Source: the human T2T-CHM13v2.0 reference genome, Homo sapiens. Taken from it: 64,000 nucleotides of DNA. A program made the translations under genes and the position numbers. Of the stretch, positions 14,601-29,803 are shown one piece after another (position 1 is the first letter of the stretch; every line of letters starts with the position of its first letter). Under the pieces are notes generated by a model that was given only the letters and a program-made list of their open reading frames with translations, was not told where the DNA came from and searched no databases. The DNA lies in the NCBI RefSeq assembly GCF_009914755.1, contig NC_060928.1; one strand, written 5' to 3'.

Positions 14601-14705
14601 GGGGAGAGGGAGAGGGAGAGGGAGAAGAAAGAAAGAAGAAGAAGAAGAAGAGGAAGAAGAAGAAGAGGAAGAGGAAGAGGAAGAAGAAAGAGGAGGAAAA
14701 GGAGG
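14601..14705. repeat. Pure polypurine (GGGAGA)n/(GAA)n/(GAGGAA)n tract
   Basis: 105 consecutive purines on the + strand. Confidence 0.95.
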
Positions 14706-14765
14706 TAGATGATGCCACCTATTACTCAAGTTATATAATGATGACCCAGTGACATGAAATTAAAT

Positions 14766-15195
14766 TGTTACCAAATGCCAGGGGTTTGGTCTAGATCCCA
14801 TTGCTCACCATACAGAATGCCAATGCCTGATACAAGAAGTATTGCCAGGAAAGAAGACTTTATTTGTGAGCTGCAGTCAAGAAGAACAGGAGATAAGTCT
14901 CAAATCCTTTTCCTTGACCCACTAAAATTTGGGGCTTACATAGCAGAGAAGGGATGTCACTACATACAGGAATGAGGGAGGGGTAAGGGAGCAATCACGA
15001 TGGGTAAGAGACCTTAGATCTCATGGTCTGGATATGGTGATCTGGTGAGTTTCAGTCCCTTGCGTGAGGGTCTGTTTCCTGAGGAAACCACTCAGATGAG
15101 ACACATATAAGTTTCAAGTTTTAAGAGTGGGAGGGTTAATTTCTACCTTTATTCAAAAACCCATAAATATTTCAAAGGGACAACTGGGCCTTTCA
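14766..15195 (-). mobile_element. ERV1 solo LTR, LOR1-like
   Basis: Reverse complement starts 'tgaaaggcccagttgtccc...gaataaaggtagaaattaaccctccc' and ends 'ggtaaca'. Confidence 0.75.
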
Positions 15196-15559
15196 AAAAG
15201 ACTGGAGCAATTTAGTCAATTCGCTCAACAATTCTAATCTACCCCAACAGCAATCTAGAATAGAAATGAGCAAACTGTAGCCCGCAGATAGTTTGGGTGG
15301 GCAAACTGCATCAAACACAAAAACTTTATCTCAGTACTAAAGATCAGATTTCTGTTGCTTCATAAAAGTGCAAAAATATTAACCATTAATTTTTAATTAA
15401 AGCCAGTGTGAATGTTCTCACCAACACTATTCTAGTCAATTGCATAGGCTGTACATATTTTTAAAATGTGTATTCTCTTATGGGACTGCGTAAAATTATT
15501 TTTATTTTGAGAGGAGAAGTTTTGTTTTATAAGTTTTTTATTTTTCCTGAATTAGCATT

Positions 15560-16650
15560 TATTAGAAAGAGAGAAAAAGTTGCTCAGCTTCTATGTACCA
15601 CGCTCAAATAAAAGGAATCAGGGCTCCTTGGAGAAATGGCAGATTCCATTGTTGGACGGGGAGAATACAAGTCAAGCCTGAGTCATCTTCTGGTGTCAGA
15701 AATAAGGAAGTGCTCAAAAACGTATGGAAGCTGTCCAAGGAAGAGAAGCTAACTGGAAAGAGCTCCAATGGCCAAAGTAGGAACAACCTGAGAAACAAAT
15801 AGATGACATTATTGAGTTAGTACTTCTAGAATATAATAAATATCCATGAGTCCATATTGATATAAACACATAATTGAGTGAAAAATAAATGAGGAGAAGG
15901 GATAACTCTTCCTCATAGAAAAAAAATTAACTAATAAGTGTAGAAGTGGGGGAAGTACTAAATCACCATTGGGCGAATATGACAGTAATAATTGTTGAAG
16001 ACAAGAGCCACTGACAAATGCTGAAAAAGGGTAGGCAAAGATTTGAGGAGAAACAGGGTATTACAATAGTCTCATAAATCTTCCCCAAAATTGTGATCAA
16101 TTGTGAAGATAAAATAGCAATTTTATAGTGGATAAATCCAGCACATACTATCCTATTTATGTGATTATTTATGTGATTATAGTTGGTATTACCAGTAATA
16201 AGACATCAAGGTCATGTACCCCCTGAGAAGGACCCAATGTCACTTCTGTGTTATTTTTGGTAAAAATACATAACAAAAATCTAGTCATGAGAAAACATCA
16301 GAGGCATTTTACAAAGTAACTCAAACTCACTGTCTCTCACTAAAAGCGTCAAGGTCACAAGACAAAGACACAATGACAAACCGTCACAGATTAGAGGAAA
16401 CTAAGGAGGTATCACAACTAAGTGCAATGGAGGAAGCTGGGTTAAATTCAGGAGAAGAAAAAGAACATTAGGGGAAATACTGGTAAAATCCTAATAAGAT
16501 CTATTGCTCAAAACTATGGTATCAATCTTAATGCCTTGGTTTTTGATCATTGTACAATGGCTATGTCAGTTGCTCACATTAGGGAAATATGAGAACTCTG
16601 AGCAATTTGCACTTTTTCTGTAAGTCTAAAATTATTTCAAAATAAAAAGG
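15560..16650 (+). mobile_element. Old L1MC-type 3' end
   Basis: 'agggctccttggagaaatggcagattcc', 'aatctagtcatgagaaaacatcag'; ends 'tctgtaagtctaaaattatttcaaaataaaa'. Confidence 0.75.
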
Positions 16651-16959
16651 GATTTGTCTTTTGTTTGTTTGTTTGTTTGTTTTAATGGTGTTCATCACTT
16701 GTTTAGCATTGATAGCCAATCTATGTGAAGGGAATTTACAATGATGAAAATCAATTCTATTAAGTACTGTGGAGAGAACAGATAAATGAAGAGCACTTCA
16801 AAAAGTGATTTAGCAAAACAATGAATAATGTAAATTGTATGTGTGGGTCGACAGCTGAAGTGCTTCAAGAATGCTCTCAACAGAAGAATAAATGTTGACC
16901 ATTTTACTGGAACAGTAGACACAAAACCATCCATGTGTATATAACGATGAAATAATTAA

Positions 16960-17165
16960 TAAAGGTAGCTAATTTTTATTGAATCTTACTTGCAAGGCAC
17001 ATAAAATCTCCCGAAAAGCTGACGAGTTAAATATATTTTTTGACCTCTTCACACAGTCAAATAGCTTCCACAAGGTTATACAGATAATAAGAAGCTGAGC
17101 TGTGATTTTAACTCAGGCTGATGAAGCTCCAAGCCAATACACCTGACCACTAGGCTACATGATAT
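16960..17165 (-). mobile_element. MIR fragment
   Basis: 'agctaatttttattga...caaggttatacagataataagaagctgagctgtgattttaactcagg'. Confidence 0.5.
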
Positions 17166-19536
17166 ACCTTTGATCTCTGAGCTTTAAGTTTATTCTGTGG
17201 CAGAAATGCTAGGTTTGCATTTTACCACTTTCCATTGCTCCTAAGGAAGAGCAGTAGGCATCCATGACTAGAGAAAGAGCTCCCGTTAGTGATTATAAAA
17301 CAGTTTTTTTCTCTTTGAAAAGCAGAAAATGATCACAACCTTGAGTTCACAGTTACCACTCTCTAACCCTTTCGGCTAAATTGGCCAGACAACTCTAATG
17401 TCACAGGTGTGCTGTGACAGCAACTTCATCCAACTGAGCAATAGGCCCTCTCCACAAGTTAAGCTCAGTCTAATATTAGAGGGTGCCATGCTCAACCAAT
17501 CAATACAAGCAGAGGAATAAGTCCTAGCCAATTTAGTGGCCATTCAGCTGATTGTAGTTTGCCTTTTGTAATTTTGTTATTTTGGGCTTTGTTTTATATA
17601 TATAAAAACTTTAAAATGGCCCTAATTTTCCAGTCCCTGGAATTTCAAAAAGAGCATGGAAGGTTTCCAAAAATGCAGCCTAGAATTGCAATCTACGTGT
17701 TGTGCTTTAACATATAAGCACATTCATTAATGAGAAATTTGAAGGAAATAAATGTCTGGTTCTCATCTCTACAGAAACAGCACACAAAAGTTTTAATAAA
17801 TGCTATATTTAATATAAAATAATTATGTCTTGTTCTACTGCTGTTATCAACATTAGTCTTCTTCATAGGTAAACTTGCAAAATATGCCATTAATGTGTTG
17901 AATGATAATATCTTTTTAAATTTAAACATCTGACTTTTTTCCAAATTCATAAAATGAAAAATCAGAGGGGTTTTCCAGTCTATAAAATGTGGGAGAAGGA
18001 AGAAATTAACACAAGTGCTTAACCACAAGCCCTCTGAACATTCCTAACCCACTGGACTAGAAAATCTTAAGAGGGCTGACTTCTAAGATATGCAGTACCT
18101 AGTGGTGAGGGCCAGCCCGGAGAAGTCATAAGAATACTAAGCCAAGTGTTAATTCCCTAATCATCCCACTATTTCAAGCTCTGGTGGAGGGAATAGAGAA
18201 GGGTCATTTCTGACCATTGAGGGACTTTTTTCTAGTAGTTTCTGCCAAAGTTCGAAATAGCAGTCACATGATTTCTGGTCAAAATGATGAACTTGTGTGA
18301 ACCTCAAAAACACTGAAAGTTCATCTCAGTTTGGTGATCTAACTGGAAGTAATTTTTAAATAAGAAAATATTTTTAAGTCCATGGAAAAACACTAAACTC
18401 ATTATTGTTTCATTTCTCTTTTATAAAAAATGTGATGTATGAAAAACTGAGGGTCTGCTTTAATTTGACAATAATATATTTTCTTCAGCTTTGATTTGAA
18501 CTGTTTTAAAGATCTGTATACCTGGGACTCAAGAATCTCCGATTCAATGCTAATTAGCTGAATGCTACGGGCAAGTCATTTAACATCTTTGGCCTTTGGT
18601 CTGTGTCTGCAAAATGAGAGTGTGTAAATAAATTCTAATGCACAGTTTAGTCACCAAAAAGAATTCTAAATTTAAATTTTGTATTTGCAGAAAATAGACA
18701 TTGACCATTGACATTTTAGTGCTGATGCGGATGAGTTCTTTTAAAGTTTCATAAGTTTTGAACTACAGCTTTTTTTTTGTTTTCTCTTAAGTGGTTAGAA
18801 AAAGAATTCTACAGATGACTTAAAATGGTGTCAGTTAGTTCATCCACATCAATAATTGCTGAAAGAAAAGCAACTTTCAATATTAAGTTGAAAATTGGAA
18901 GCTGTAGGTCATATTGACTGCTTTACTTTTCTCTAATGATTCTGTTTTGTACTATGTTGTATGTATAAAAAGACCTTTTTCTAAAAGTCTCTCGAGTACT
19001 AAACACACGGTTGTTGAAGCTTTATCATGAGGCTCTCAAGAAAAAGAGGGTAGAGGAGTATTTTATTTATAATTGAATCACAAAGTGTTATGCACATTTG
19101 TAAAGGATGCCTTTTAAAAATCTGTTTTGCTCTTAATATTTATTAAACTCATCCACACATAAAACTCCTTGCCTTTCTTTCTTATCCGTGTCTATTTCTT
19201 CTTATAATTCCCTATCCTAATGGCTATGAAAACACAGGCATATGACTGGAAATAAATCTTTAAATAAAGAAAGAAAAGTCACTCAAAGGAGAATGGAGAT
19301 TAATAGACAGCATAGTCGGTTTCCTGTTTGGAACAGCCTCAGCGAGTTTCTTTTTCCTCCTATTCTCTCCTGAAAAATGGAACCACAAAAGACCAAGGCT
19401 CAGTGAACATTCTTTATGTTTTTTTCATGTAAAATAAATAAGAAATTTTTGATGCCCATTAGCTTTAATAGAGGGCAGAACTTTACTTCTACTGATCATA
19501 ATTCTTTTACTTTTAAGTGAGAATTTGGACTGACTA

Positions 19537-20021
<485 letters not shown>

Positions 20022-21163
20022 CTAGATGTATGCTTTTCCCTACAAAATAACTCATATCTTTTGACTCCCCCAATAATGTTGATTCCACTACTACTCTTTA
20101 AATCAACCAGGTGGTTAAACATGGTGTCATCTTTGATTTCTGCCTTTCCTCAACATCTCAAAGCACTGCTCATCAAGCCCGATGGCTTTCCTCATGATAC
20201 CTGCATCTCTTCACCATATTTCTTCTTCTCCAGCCACTGTGTGAATTCAAAACCAAATCACCACTGAGTTCCTGGCACACTAATTTATTTACCTATTCAT
20301 GTAGTAATGCCAATAAAATTAAGCAGTCAGAGCAAAATAAGGAAAAAGTAACGACTATGTTATTTGCAGAGATATGAAGAGACGTAGGGGAGGGATGGAG
20401 ATTTTAAATGATGGACATAGAGATTAAATACAGGTAGGGATGGGTTAGGGACACAAATACGGTGCAGATACAGATTCCGGTGGAGGGATTTTCAACAACT
20501 TGGTACCTACAAAATTGTAGCAGTATACTTGATAAAAGACATCTTTATTTTTTCAAAGAAAACATTAAGTAAGCTTGAAGATTCCTGGAAAAGGGATATT
20601 CAGATTTAAATAGGATCCCAAGGTCTTCTGGAAGGGAAGAGATCAAAACTCAACATTTCCCAAAAGTTTTTATGCAAATTGGGATAGACAGAGAAGGCCC
20701 AACCAGGACCCAGTGGTGAAGAAGCAATAAAGAAAGTGAAGGGCAACAAATTCCTAAGATAAAATCCCTGTGAGAATCAAAGAGTCAGGTAACAGTGGTG
20801 GTCCCTGAACCTGGACGTGGTCATTATGAGAAGCTATCTGTCTGAGTCTATGGTGCATCCACTCTGGCCCCAACTCAGACCTGTGAGCTGCAGATTGTAA
20901 CCACAGAAAGTAGGTGGTGGTGGAGTCAGAAAATGCTACCCCAAAGTGAAGGCCTCAGAAGCAAAGTTTCTCTTTGACTTTCTTCTGCCCTCCTGTCTCA
21001 CTCTCATTCTGCCCTGAGGCAAGACACAGAAAATAGAATTTCTCTTCCCCAGGGTAGATCATACAAAACAGAACCCTTTTTCCCCAAAGGCAGCCATAAA
21101 GTGAAAAATATTACTCTAATTTTCCTCACCTTTCTGTGTCACAGCTGGCCATAACGAAACTCT

Positions 21164-21392
21164 CAGCCTGGGCAACATATCAAGAACCCACTTCAACAAA
21201 AAATAGAAAATAAAAATAAATTAAGCAGGTGTTGTGGTGCGTGCTGGTAGTCCTGGCTACTTAGGAAGCAGAGGCAGGAGGATGGCTTAAGCCCTGGAGT
21301 TCAAGGCTGCAGTGAGCCGTGATTATTCCACTGCACTCTCATCTGGGTGACGGAGAGAGACCCTTTCTCTAAAAAACAAACAAAAAAAAAAA
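21164..21392 (+). mobile_element. 5'-truncated AluJ
   Basis: Starts 'cagcctgggcaacat'; J-type right arm; 'aaactct' on both sides. Confidence 0.88.
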
Positions 21393-21396
21393 CTCT

Positions 21397-21690
21397 ATAA
21401 TCCCAGCACTTTGGGAGACCAAGGTGGACAGATCACCTGAGGTCAGGAGTTCAAGACCAACCTGGCCAACATGGTGAAACCCCATCTCTACTAAAAATAC
21501 AAAAATTAGCTGGGTGTGGTGGCGCACGTCTGTAGTCCCAGGTACTTAGAAGGCTGAGGCAAGAGAGTCATTTGAACCTGGGAGGCGGAGGTTGCAGTGA
21601 GCTGACATTGCGCCTCTGCACTCCAGCCTGGGTGACAGAGCGAGACTCCGTCTAAAACAAAAAAAAGAAAGAAAGACAGAAAAAAAAAAA
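21397..21690 (+). mobile_element. AluSx-like (first ~20 nt missing)
   Basis: Starts 'ataatcccagcactttggg'; 'gatcacctgaggtcaggagttc'. Confidence 0.92.
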
Positions 21691-21866
21691 TTATTTGACT
21701 TACTTTGTCGATTATGAATCTTAAAACCCCCGTTCCAAAAGGGTCAGGCCCCAGAAGTCCAGGAAGAATCCAAACAGATGGGCCTTGCTGGGCTTCCCCC
21801 TCATTCCACTGCTATAAGATTAGATCCTTTTTGGCCAGACACAGTGATTCACGCCTGTAATGCCAG

Positions 21867-23208
21867 TGAGTCCGGAATTGGTGGGTTCTTGGTCTCACTG
21901 ACTTCAAGAATGAAGCCGCGAACCCTCGCAGTGAGTGTTACAGTTCTTAAAGGCTGCGTGTCTGGAGCTTGTTCCTTCTGATGTTCGGATGTGTTGGCAG
22001 TTTCTTCCTTCTGGTGGGTTCTTGGTCTCGCTGGCTCAGGAGTGAAGCTGCGGATCTTCGAGGTGAGTGTTATAGCTCTTAAGGCGGCACGTCTGCAGTC
22101 GTTCGTTCCTTCTGGTGGGCTCGTGGTCTCGCTGGCTTCAGGACTGAAGCTGCAGACCTTCACAGTGAGTGTTACAGCTCATAAAGGCAGTGTGGACCCA
22201 AGGAGTGAGCAGCAGCAAGAATTATTGCAAAGAGCGAAAGAACAAACCTCCCACAGTGTGGAAGGGAACCCCAGCAGGTTACCACTGCTGGCTGGGGCAG
22301 CCTGCTTTTATTCTCTTATCTGGCCCCACCCACATCCTGCTGATTGGTAGAGCCGAGTGGTCTGTTTTGACAGGGCGCTGATTGGTGCGTTTACAATCCC
22401 TGAGCTAGACACAAAGGTTCTCCAGGTCCCCACCAGAGTAGCTAGATACAGAGTGTGGATTGGTGCATTCACAAACCCTGAGCTAGACACAGGGTGCTGA
22501 TTGGTGTGTTTACAAACCTTGAGCTAGATACAGAGTGCCCATTGGTGTATTTACAATCCCTGAGCTAGACATAAAGGTTCTCCACGTCCCCACCAGACTC
22601 AGGAGCCCAGCTAGCTTCACCCAGTGGATCCTGCACCGGGGCTGCAGGTGGAGCTGCCTGCCAGTCCCACGCCATGCGCCTGCACTCCTCAGCCCTTGGG
22701 TGGTCGATGGGACTGGGCACTGTGGAGCAGGGGGTGGCCCTCGTCGGGGAGGCTCGGGCTGCACAGGAGCCCACTGGAGGTGTGGGGAGTCTCAGGCATG
22801 GCAGGCTGCAGGTCCCGAGCCCTTCCCTGCCCTGCGGGAAGGCAGCTAAGGCCTGGCGAGAAATTGAGCACAGCAGCTGCTGGCCCAGGTACTAAGCCCC
22901 TCACTGCCCAGGCCGGTGGGACCGGCGGGCCGCTCCGAGTGTGGGGACCGCTGAGCCCACGCCCACCCGAACTCGCGCTGGCCCGCAAGCACCGTGCGCA
23001 GCCCTGGTTCCCGCCCACGCCTCTCCCTCCACATCTCCCTGCAAGCTGAGAGAGCCAGCTCTGGCCTTGGCCCGCCCAGGAAGGGGCTCCCACAATGCAG
23101 CAGTGGGCTGAAGGGCTCCTCAAGTGCCGCCAAAGTGGGAGCCCAGGCAGAGGAGGCGCTGAGAGCAAGTGAGGGCTGTGAGGACTGCCGGCACGCTGTC
23201 ACCTCTCA
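21867..23208 (-). mobile_element. LTR12 (ERV9) solo LTR, LTR12C-like, with TSD CCAG
   Basis: Reverse complement begins TGAGAGGTGACAGCGTGCCGGCAGTCCTCACAGCCC and ends AACCCACCAATTCCGGACTCA; CCAG at 21863-21866 and 23209-23212. Confidence 0.96.
22300..22600 (-). promoter_or_regulatory. LTR12 promoter/enhancer: tandem ~40-bp CCAAT (NF-Y) repeats and TATA-like AATAAA
   Basis: Five 'attgg' (reverse CCAAT) at about 22343, 22381, 22459, 22500 and 22541; 'cttttattc' at about 22305-22313. Confidence 0.7.
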
Positions 23209-23298
23209 CCAGCACTTTGGGAGTCTGAGGCGGGAGGATCACCTGAGGTCAGGAGTTCGAGACCAGCCTGGCCAATATGGTGAAACCCCACCTCTACT

Positions 23299-23301
23299 AA
23301 A

Positions 23302-23361
<60 letters not shown>
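23299..23361. repeat. A-run plus about (AT)21 in the Alu middle linker
   Basis: Direct reading. Confidence 0.95.
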
Positions 23362-23363
<2 letters not shown>

Positions 23364-25989
23364 GTGGGTGTGGTGGCACGTGCCTGTAGTCCCAGCTACT
23401 CAGGAGGCTGAGGCAGGAGAATTGCTTGAACCTGAAAGGCAGAGGTTGCAGTAAGCACTCCAGCCTGGGCAACACAGCAAGACTCCGTCTAAAAAAAAAA
23501 AAAAAAAAAGATTCAACCCTTTTTGTTCAATTGTATTTCTGCAAAGTTGTCTCTGCTTCATAGAACCTAAGCATCAAGTCACATCAGATAGCTTCTGGTA
23601 TCTTTTGAGTCTTCAATCTGAAAGCTCCCCTGTCATGTAAAACTATGATGAAATAAATGTGTTATGCTTTTCTCTTCATTATTTTTTGTTATAGGAATGT
23701 CAGCACCAGCTTTATGATGGGGAGGAGACGGATCACTCTTTTCTGCTCCTACATTGTTCTCATGAGCAACTCAAATTACAGTTTGATAAAAACTAAATGT
23801 TGGAAACTCATCTATTTGACACGGAGGGACAATACCTGCAAAGAAGCATTGGAACACCAGGAAAGAAGCATTCTTCTTCCCCTCTGAGTATTCACAGCCA
23901 GGCCTGCAGTAGAAGGATATTCCAGTAGATGCCAGAATGTTCATTTCAGTGGCTACATACGCCTCATTTGCCACAGGGTCCACATCAGACCTGTGAGTAC
24001 TGGCAGCCCAGGAACAGCGGCAGCTGCATTGAAAGTGAGCCCACCTCGTGAACAATGGTTTCCTTCCCTTGCCCTTTCCTTTTCCTTTTTCCTTTCCTTG
24101 CCTCTCCTTTTCTTTTCTCTTATTCATCATACAATAGTAATCAGGACTGATTGCTTGCAGACCGAGTAAGTCTTGTGGTAAGAAATCGACAGGTTAATGG
24201 AAGGAATAGGAGATCAGGGAGAGAGAATGCTAACTTGGTATTTCAGGAGTCTATCTGAGTCAACTTTCACACCCAAAATGTTAAAAATGGACCATTTGAC
24301 TTATAAAGAAAATGTTAAAACCCTCCGGGGAAAATGGTGACCTGAAACAATTGGCACATTGCAAATAATGCAACTTTTAATGCTGAAGGAAAGAAGCTGT
24401 TCTTTCAAGTCTGAAGACTTGATTCTATTCTTACATATGACAAACTCTAACAATGGATGACCTTAAAGTTTTGATATTTTACCTATGGTTCTCATTTAAA
24501 ACAGAAAAAAATCATTACCGGATAATAAGTCAGACTGTTTTCTTATCTGCCTTGATCAAGAAAAGTTAGATGTTGTCAGTGTCTTTGAAAGTTCTGCTAG
24601 GAAGCAAGATATTCCCAGCAGTTTACTTGAGCAAATGGCTTCCGTTTAGCCTAACGGTTTCTTAGGTTTCACTTTTAAATCCTGTGTTAAACAGAGCAAG
24701 TCACTGTCATTCAAACTTTTCCCAAGCTGTATGGGGCTCTATTGCTGTTGTTTAACGAAATTCAGAGGCTAGTGTAATTAGACCGCAGGGAAGGTAGGTC
24801 AGGCAGTGCTGTTAACTTGGCTGGCAAAGTTGATGGGTCAAAAATGTTTTATGTTTTTCTTCTTTTTTCGCACTAAATAAACTCGGTGTAAAAATGTTTT
24901 GCTTATAGTGCTCTTCTATTCATTTAACATAAACATTTGTGTATTTTAATTCTGTCTGTTCTAAAATTCTAATTTCTTCTATAAATTAATCAAATATGAA
25001 ATCTAAGCCAGCAAAGTATGTTAGAGGAACAGTGAGTCAAGTTTTATAAAAATTAGGCAGGTATGGAACAGAGCTTTAAAACTGTATGATATTTGGAGGG
25101 AATGGAGTAAGAAACAGAAACCAGTTTTCTGAAGGGTATTTATTGTTATTATTATTAAATAAACACATTATTGCGTGTTCTGTGAGCAGTTCTTTCTTGA
25201 TAGGAATACTGACAATACCTGTTATATTATTATGAAATTAAACTTATCTCTTTTCAAAAATAAATTCACACACCGTGACCCCAAAGTGTGAAGGATCACA
25301 AGATGTGTGACAAAAAATGCATTCAGCAAGGACTGGTAAAGTGCTGGAAACCCCAAGGGACGTGAGTTATATTTCATGGAACTGAGTCTAGGATTTGGAA
25401 ATTATTTTGCAATTATTTATTGTTGGTCTCGAGAGTGTATGTTTCATGTATTTCTTCCTTTTTACCCAGAATGTAATTTTGCTTGGTGGTGACCATGTGA
25501 GAAAAATAGCACTGTGGGAAGCGTTCTTGTGCAGTTTTCACTGTAATCCGATCAATACAATAAACAGTTTGAAAGCTATTCATCATACAAAAATAAACAA
25601 CTATTAGGTAGCTGTTGGTCCAATGCTCATAAACATGAACAATTTACACAAGAAAGAAAGTATACTAACAGGAAAAAAAAGCCATAGACAAATAACAAAT
25701 TATCTCCTAAGAAAATGTTTTATTTCGGATCCGCCCCCCACCCCCAACACACATTATATTAAAGCATCAGGAAAAATGGCAGTGAACCAATCATCGTGAA
25801 TGACTAAAATACAAATTAAAACCTGGGTTAATCATGGGGAAAAATCAGGTAAAAATTAAAGCAGGATTATACTTGGGTTTTCACTAGCAGGGTATTCTAG
25901 GATGGAATTATGTATCAGTCACCAATAAGTAGCTCTGGCATGTTCACCCCGTGTTTGCCACCTGAATGTTGTTTGCACCAGACTCACAT

Positions 25990-27790
<1,801 letters not shown>

Positions 27791-28130
27791 GGAATTAGAT
27801 GACCTCTTGCTGCCAAGTAATATGCATCCTGTAACAGGAATGAGGGCCATCCCAGCAGCAGTGCTGTGTGGACTGATGGACAGGGCCTTCATGGACTCAC
27901 ACCCTAGGCTTTGACATTTTGTGGATATAACCCTGACTAGACTGAAATTGTTTTTGAGTCCCTTATAAAATGAGTTACCAAAAGAGCATTTAAACTGAAT
28001 GATAAAATAGAAATAAAATTATATTCATTTCAATCATAAATCTGTACAATGAGAATTGTATTCCCTAGATATATACATAAATACATACCAATATGGATAT
28101 AGAAACAGATATACATATAGGTATAGGTAT

Positions 28131-28670
28131 AGTGGTGGTAGAATAATAACCCCCAAAGATGTTCACATTCTAGTCTTTTGTGCCTTATATGGCAAAAGGG
28201 ACCTGCAAGTATGATTGCAGTGAGGATTGTTTTGCAGATATGATTGTAGTGAGGATTGTTTTGCAGATATGATTGTAGTGAGGATTGTTTTGCAGATATG
28301 ATTATGGTAAGGTTCATGAGATGGGTAGGTTTTCCTGGGTCTTCTAGGTGGGCCCAATATAATCACAAGGGGCCCTGTGAGCAAGAGGCAAGAATGTCAG
28401 AGTCGGGGAGAGATCTGAAGATGCAACACTGCTAGCTTTCAAAATGGAGGAAGGGACCAGGAGCAAAGGAAGGCAAGTGCTTCTATGAACTTCAGAACAC
28501 AAGGGAATAGATTTTCCCTGAGAACCTCCAGAAAGAACACAACTTTGCTTATAACTTCATCTTGGCCCAGTGAGACTTCTGACCTATAGAACTGTAAGAT
28601 GATAAAGTTGTTTTGTTTTGAGCTGGTAAGTTTGTTGTAATTTGTTACACCAGCAACAGCAAGCATATAC
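28131..28670 (+). mobile_element. MaLR LTR, MLT1D-like
   Basis: 'agaataataacccccaaagatgttcac...ggtgggcccaatataatcacaaggg...cttctgacctatagaactgtaagat'. Confidence 0.85.
28205..28303. repeat. 29-bp minisatellite, about 3.4 copies
   Basis: Unit gcagatatgattgtagtgaggattgtttt; copies 2 and 3 are identical. Confidence 0.95.
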
Positions 28671-28777
28671 GTACATGTATATGTCAATGCATGTGTATTT
28701 GTATATGTGTATATGGTGCATATTTGCTAGTACTCCAATACCATTGCCTTTACATTGCTTAAGAACCTAGAGGCAGG

Positions 28778-29073
28778 TGCCAGGCACAGTGGCTCATACC
28801 CGTAATCCCAGTACTTTAGGAGGCAGAGGCAGAAGGATCGCTTGAGCCAAGGAGTTCAAGACCAGCCTAGGCAGTACAGTGTGAGACTCCATCTCTACAA
28901 AAAATAAAAAATTAACCAGGTGTAGTTGTGTGTACCTTTAGTCCCGGCTACTCAGGAGGCTGAGGTGGGAGGATCACTTGAACCCAGGATGTCAAGCCTG
29001 CAGTTAGCCATGGTTGTGTCACGGCACTCTAGTTTGGGTGACAGAGTGAGACCTTGTCTCAAAAAAATAAAAA
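28778..29073 (+). mobile_element. AluJ
   Basis: Full Alu; 'ggatcgcttgagcc'. Confidence 0.92.
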
Positions 29074-29444
29074 GGTCTAGAGTAAGAGACAGACAACAGT
29101 ACACGTATCATCATATACTTAGACCTGTGGTAGGTGCTAAGAAAAACCATAGTGACTAATGAGAATATTGAACATCCACCATGCTTTCCTTGTCAAGAGA
29201 ATTAGGAATTACATTTGCATGCACACACACTTTTCCCACTAGTCCAAAGTTACAGACACAGAGCTGGTCATCTGTTTATATTTCATGAGGTTGATTTTGT
29301 ATCATTTATATACATTCAATAAATAATTGTTTGAAGAGAAGTAAGAGCACAGGAATTTTTGAATATGGCACTTTACTTGCAAATATATTTTACTTATGTT
29401 CACATTGCCAAGGCAGAACTAGAGAGTTTTCAATCATGTTTCTA

Positions 29445-29803
<359 letters not shown>

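Larger units (their letters stand above)
21833..23509 (+). mobile_element. AluS split by LTR12 (21833-21866 and 23209-23509)
   Basis: 'ggccagacacagtgattcacgcctgtaatgccag' continues as 'ccagcactttggg'; diverged TSD aagattagatccttttt / aagattcaacccttttt. Confidence 0.92.
20918..23753 (+). mobile_element. ERV1 solo LTR, MER39-like, broken by three Alus and an LTR12
   Basis: 5' piece 'gagtcagaaaatgctaccccaaagtgaaggcctcagaagcaaag'; pieces at 21691-21832 and 23510-23753 end 'aaataaatgtgttatgcttttctc...ctcctaca'. Confidence 0.75.

Noticed and set aside
14394-14752. Poly-E, poly-K and poly-S ORFs
   Set aside because: Artefacts of the purine microsatellite.
21778-23475. Dense overlapping ORFs and a CpG-island-like block
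   Set aside because: Explained by the GC-rich LTR12, in which stop codons are scarce.
28205-28303. Regularly spaced repeats superficially like a CRISPR array
   Set aside because: Head-to-tail units with no unique spacers, inside a mammalian LTR.
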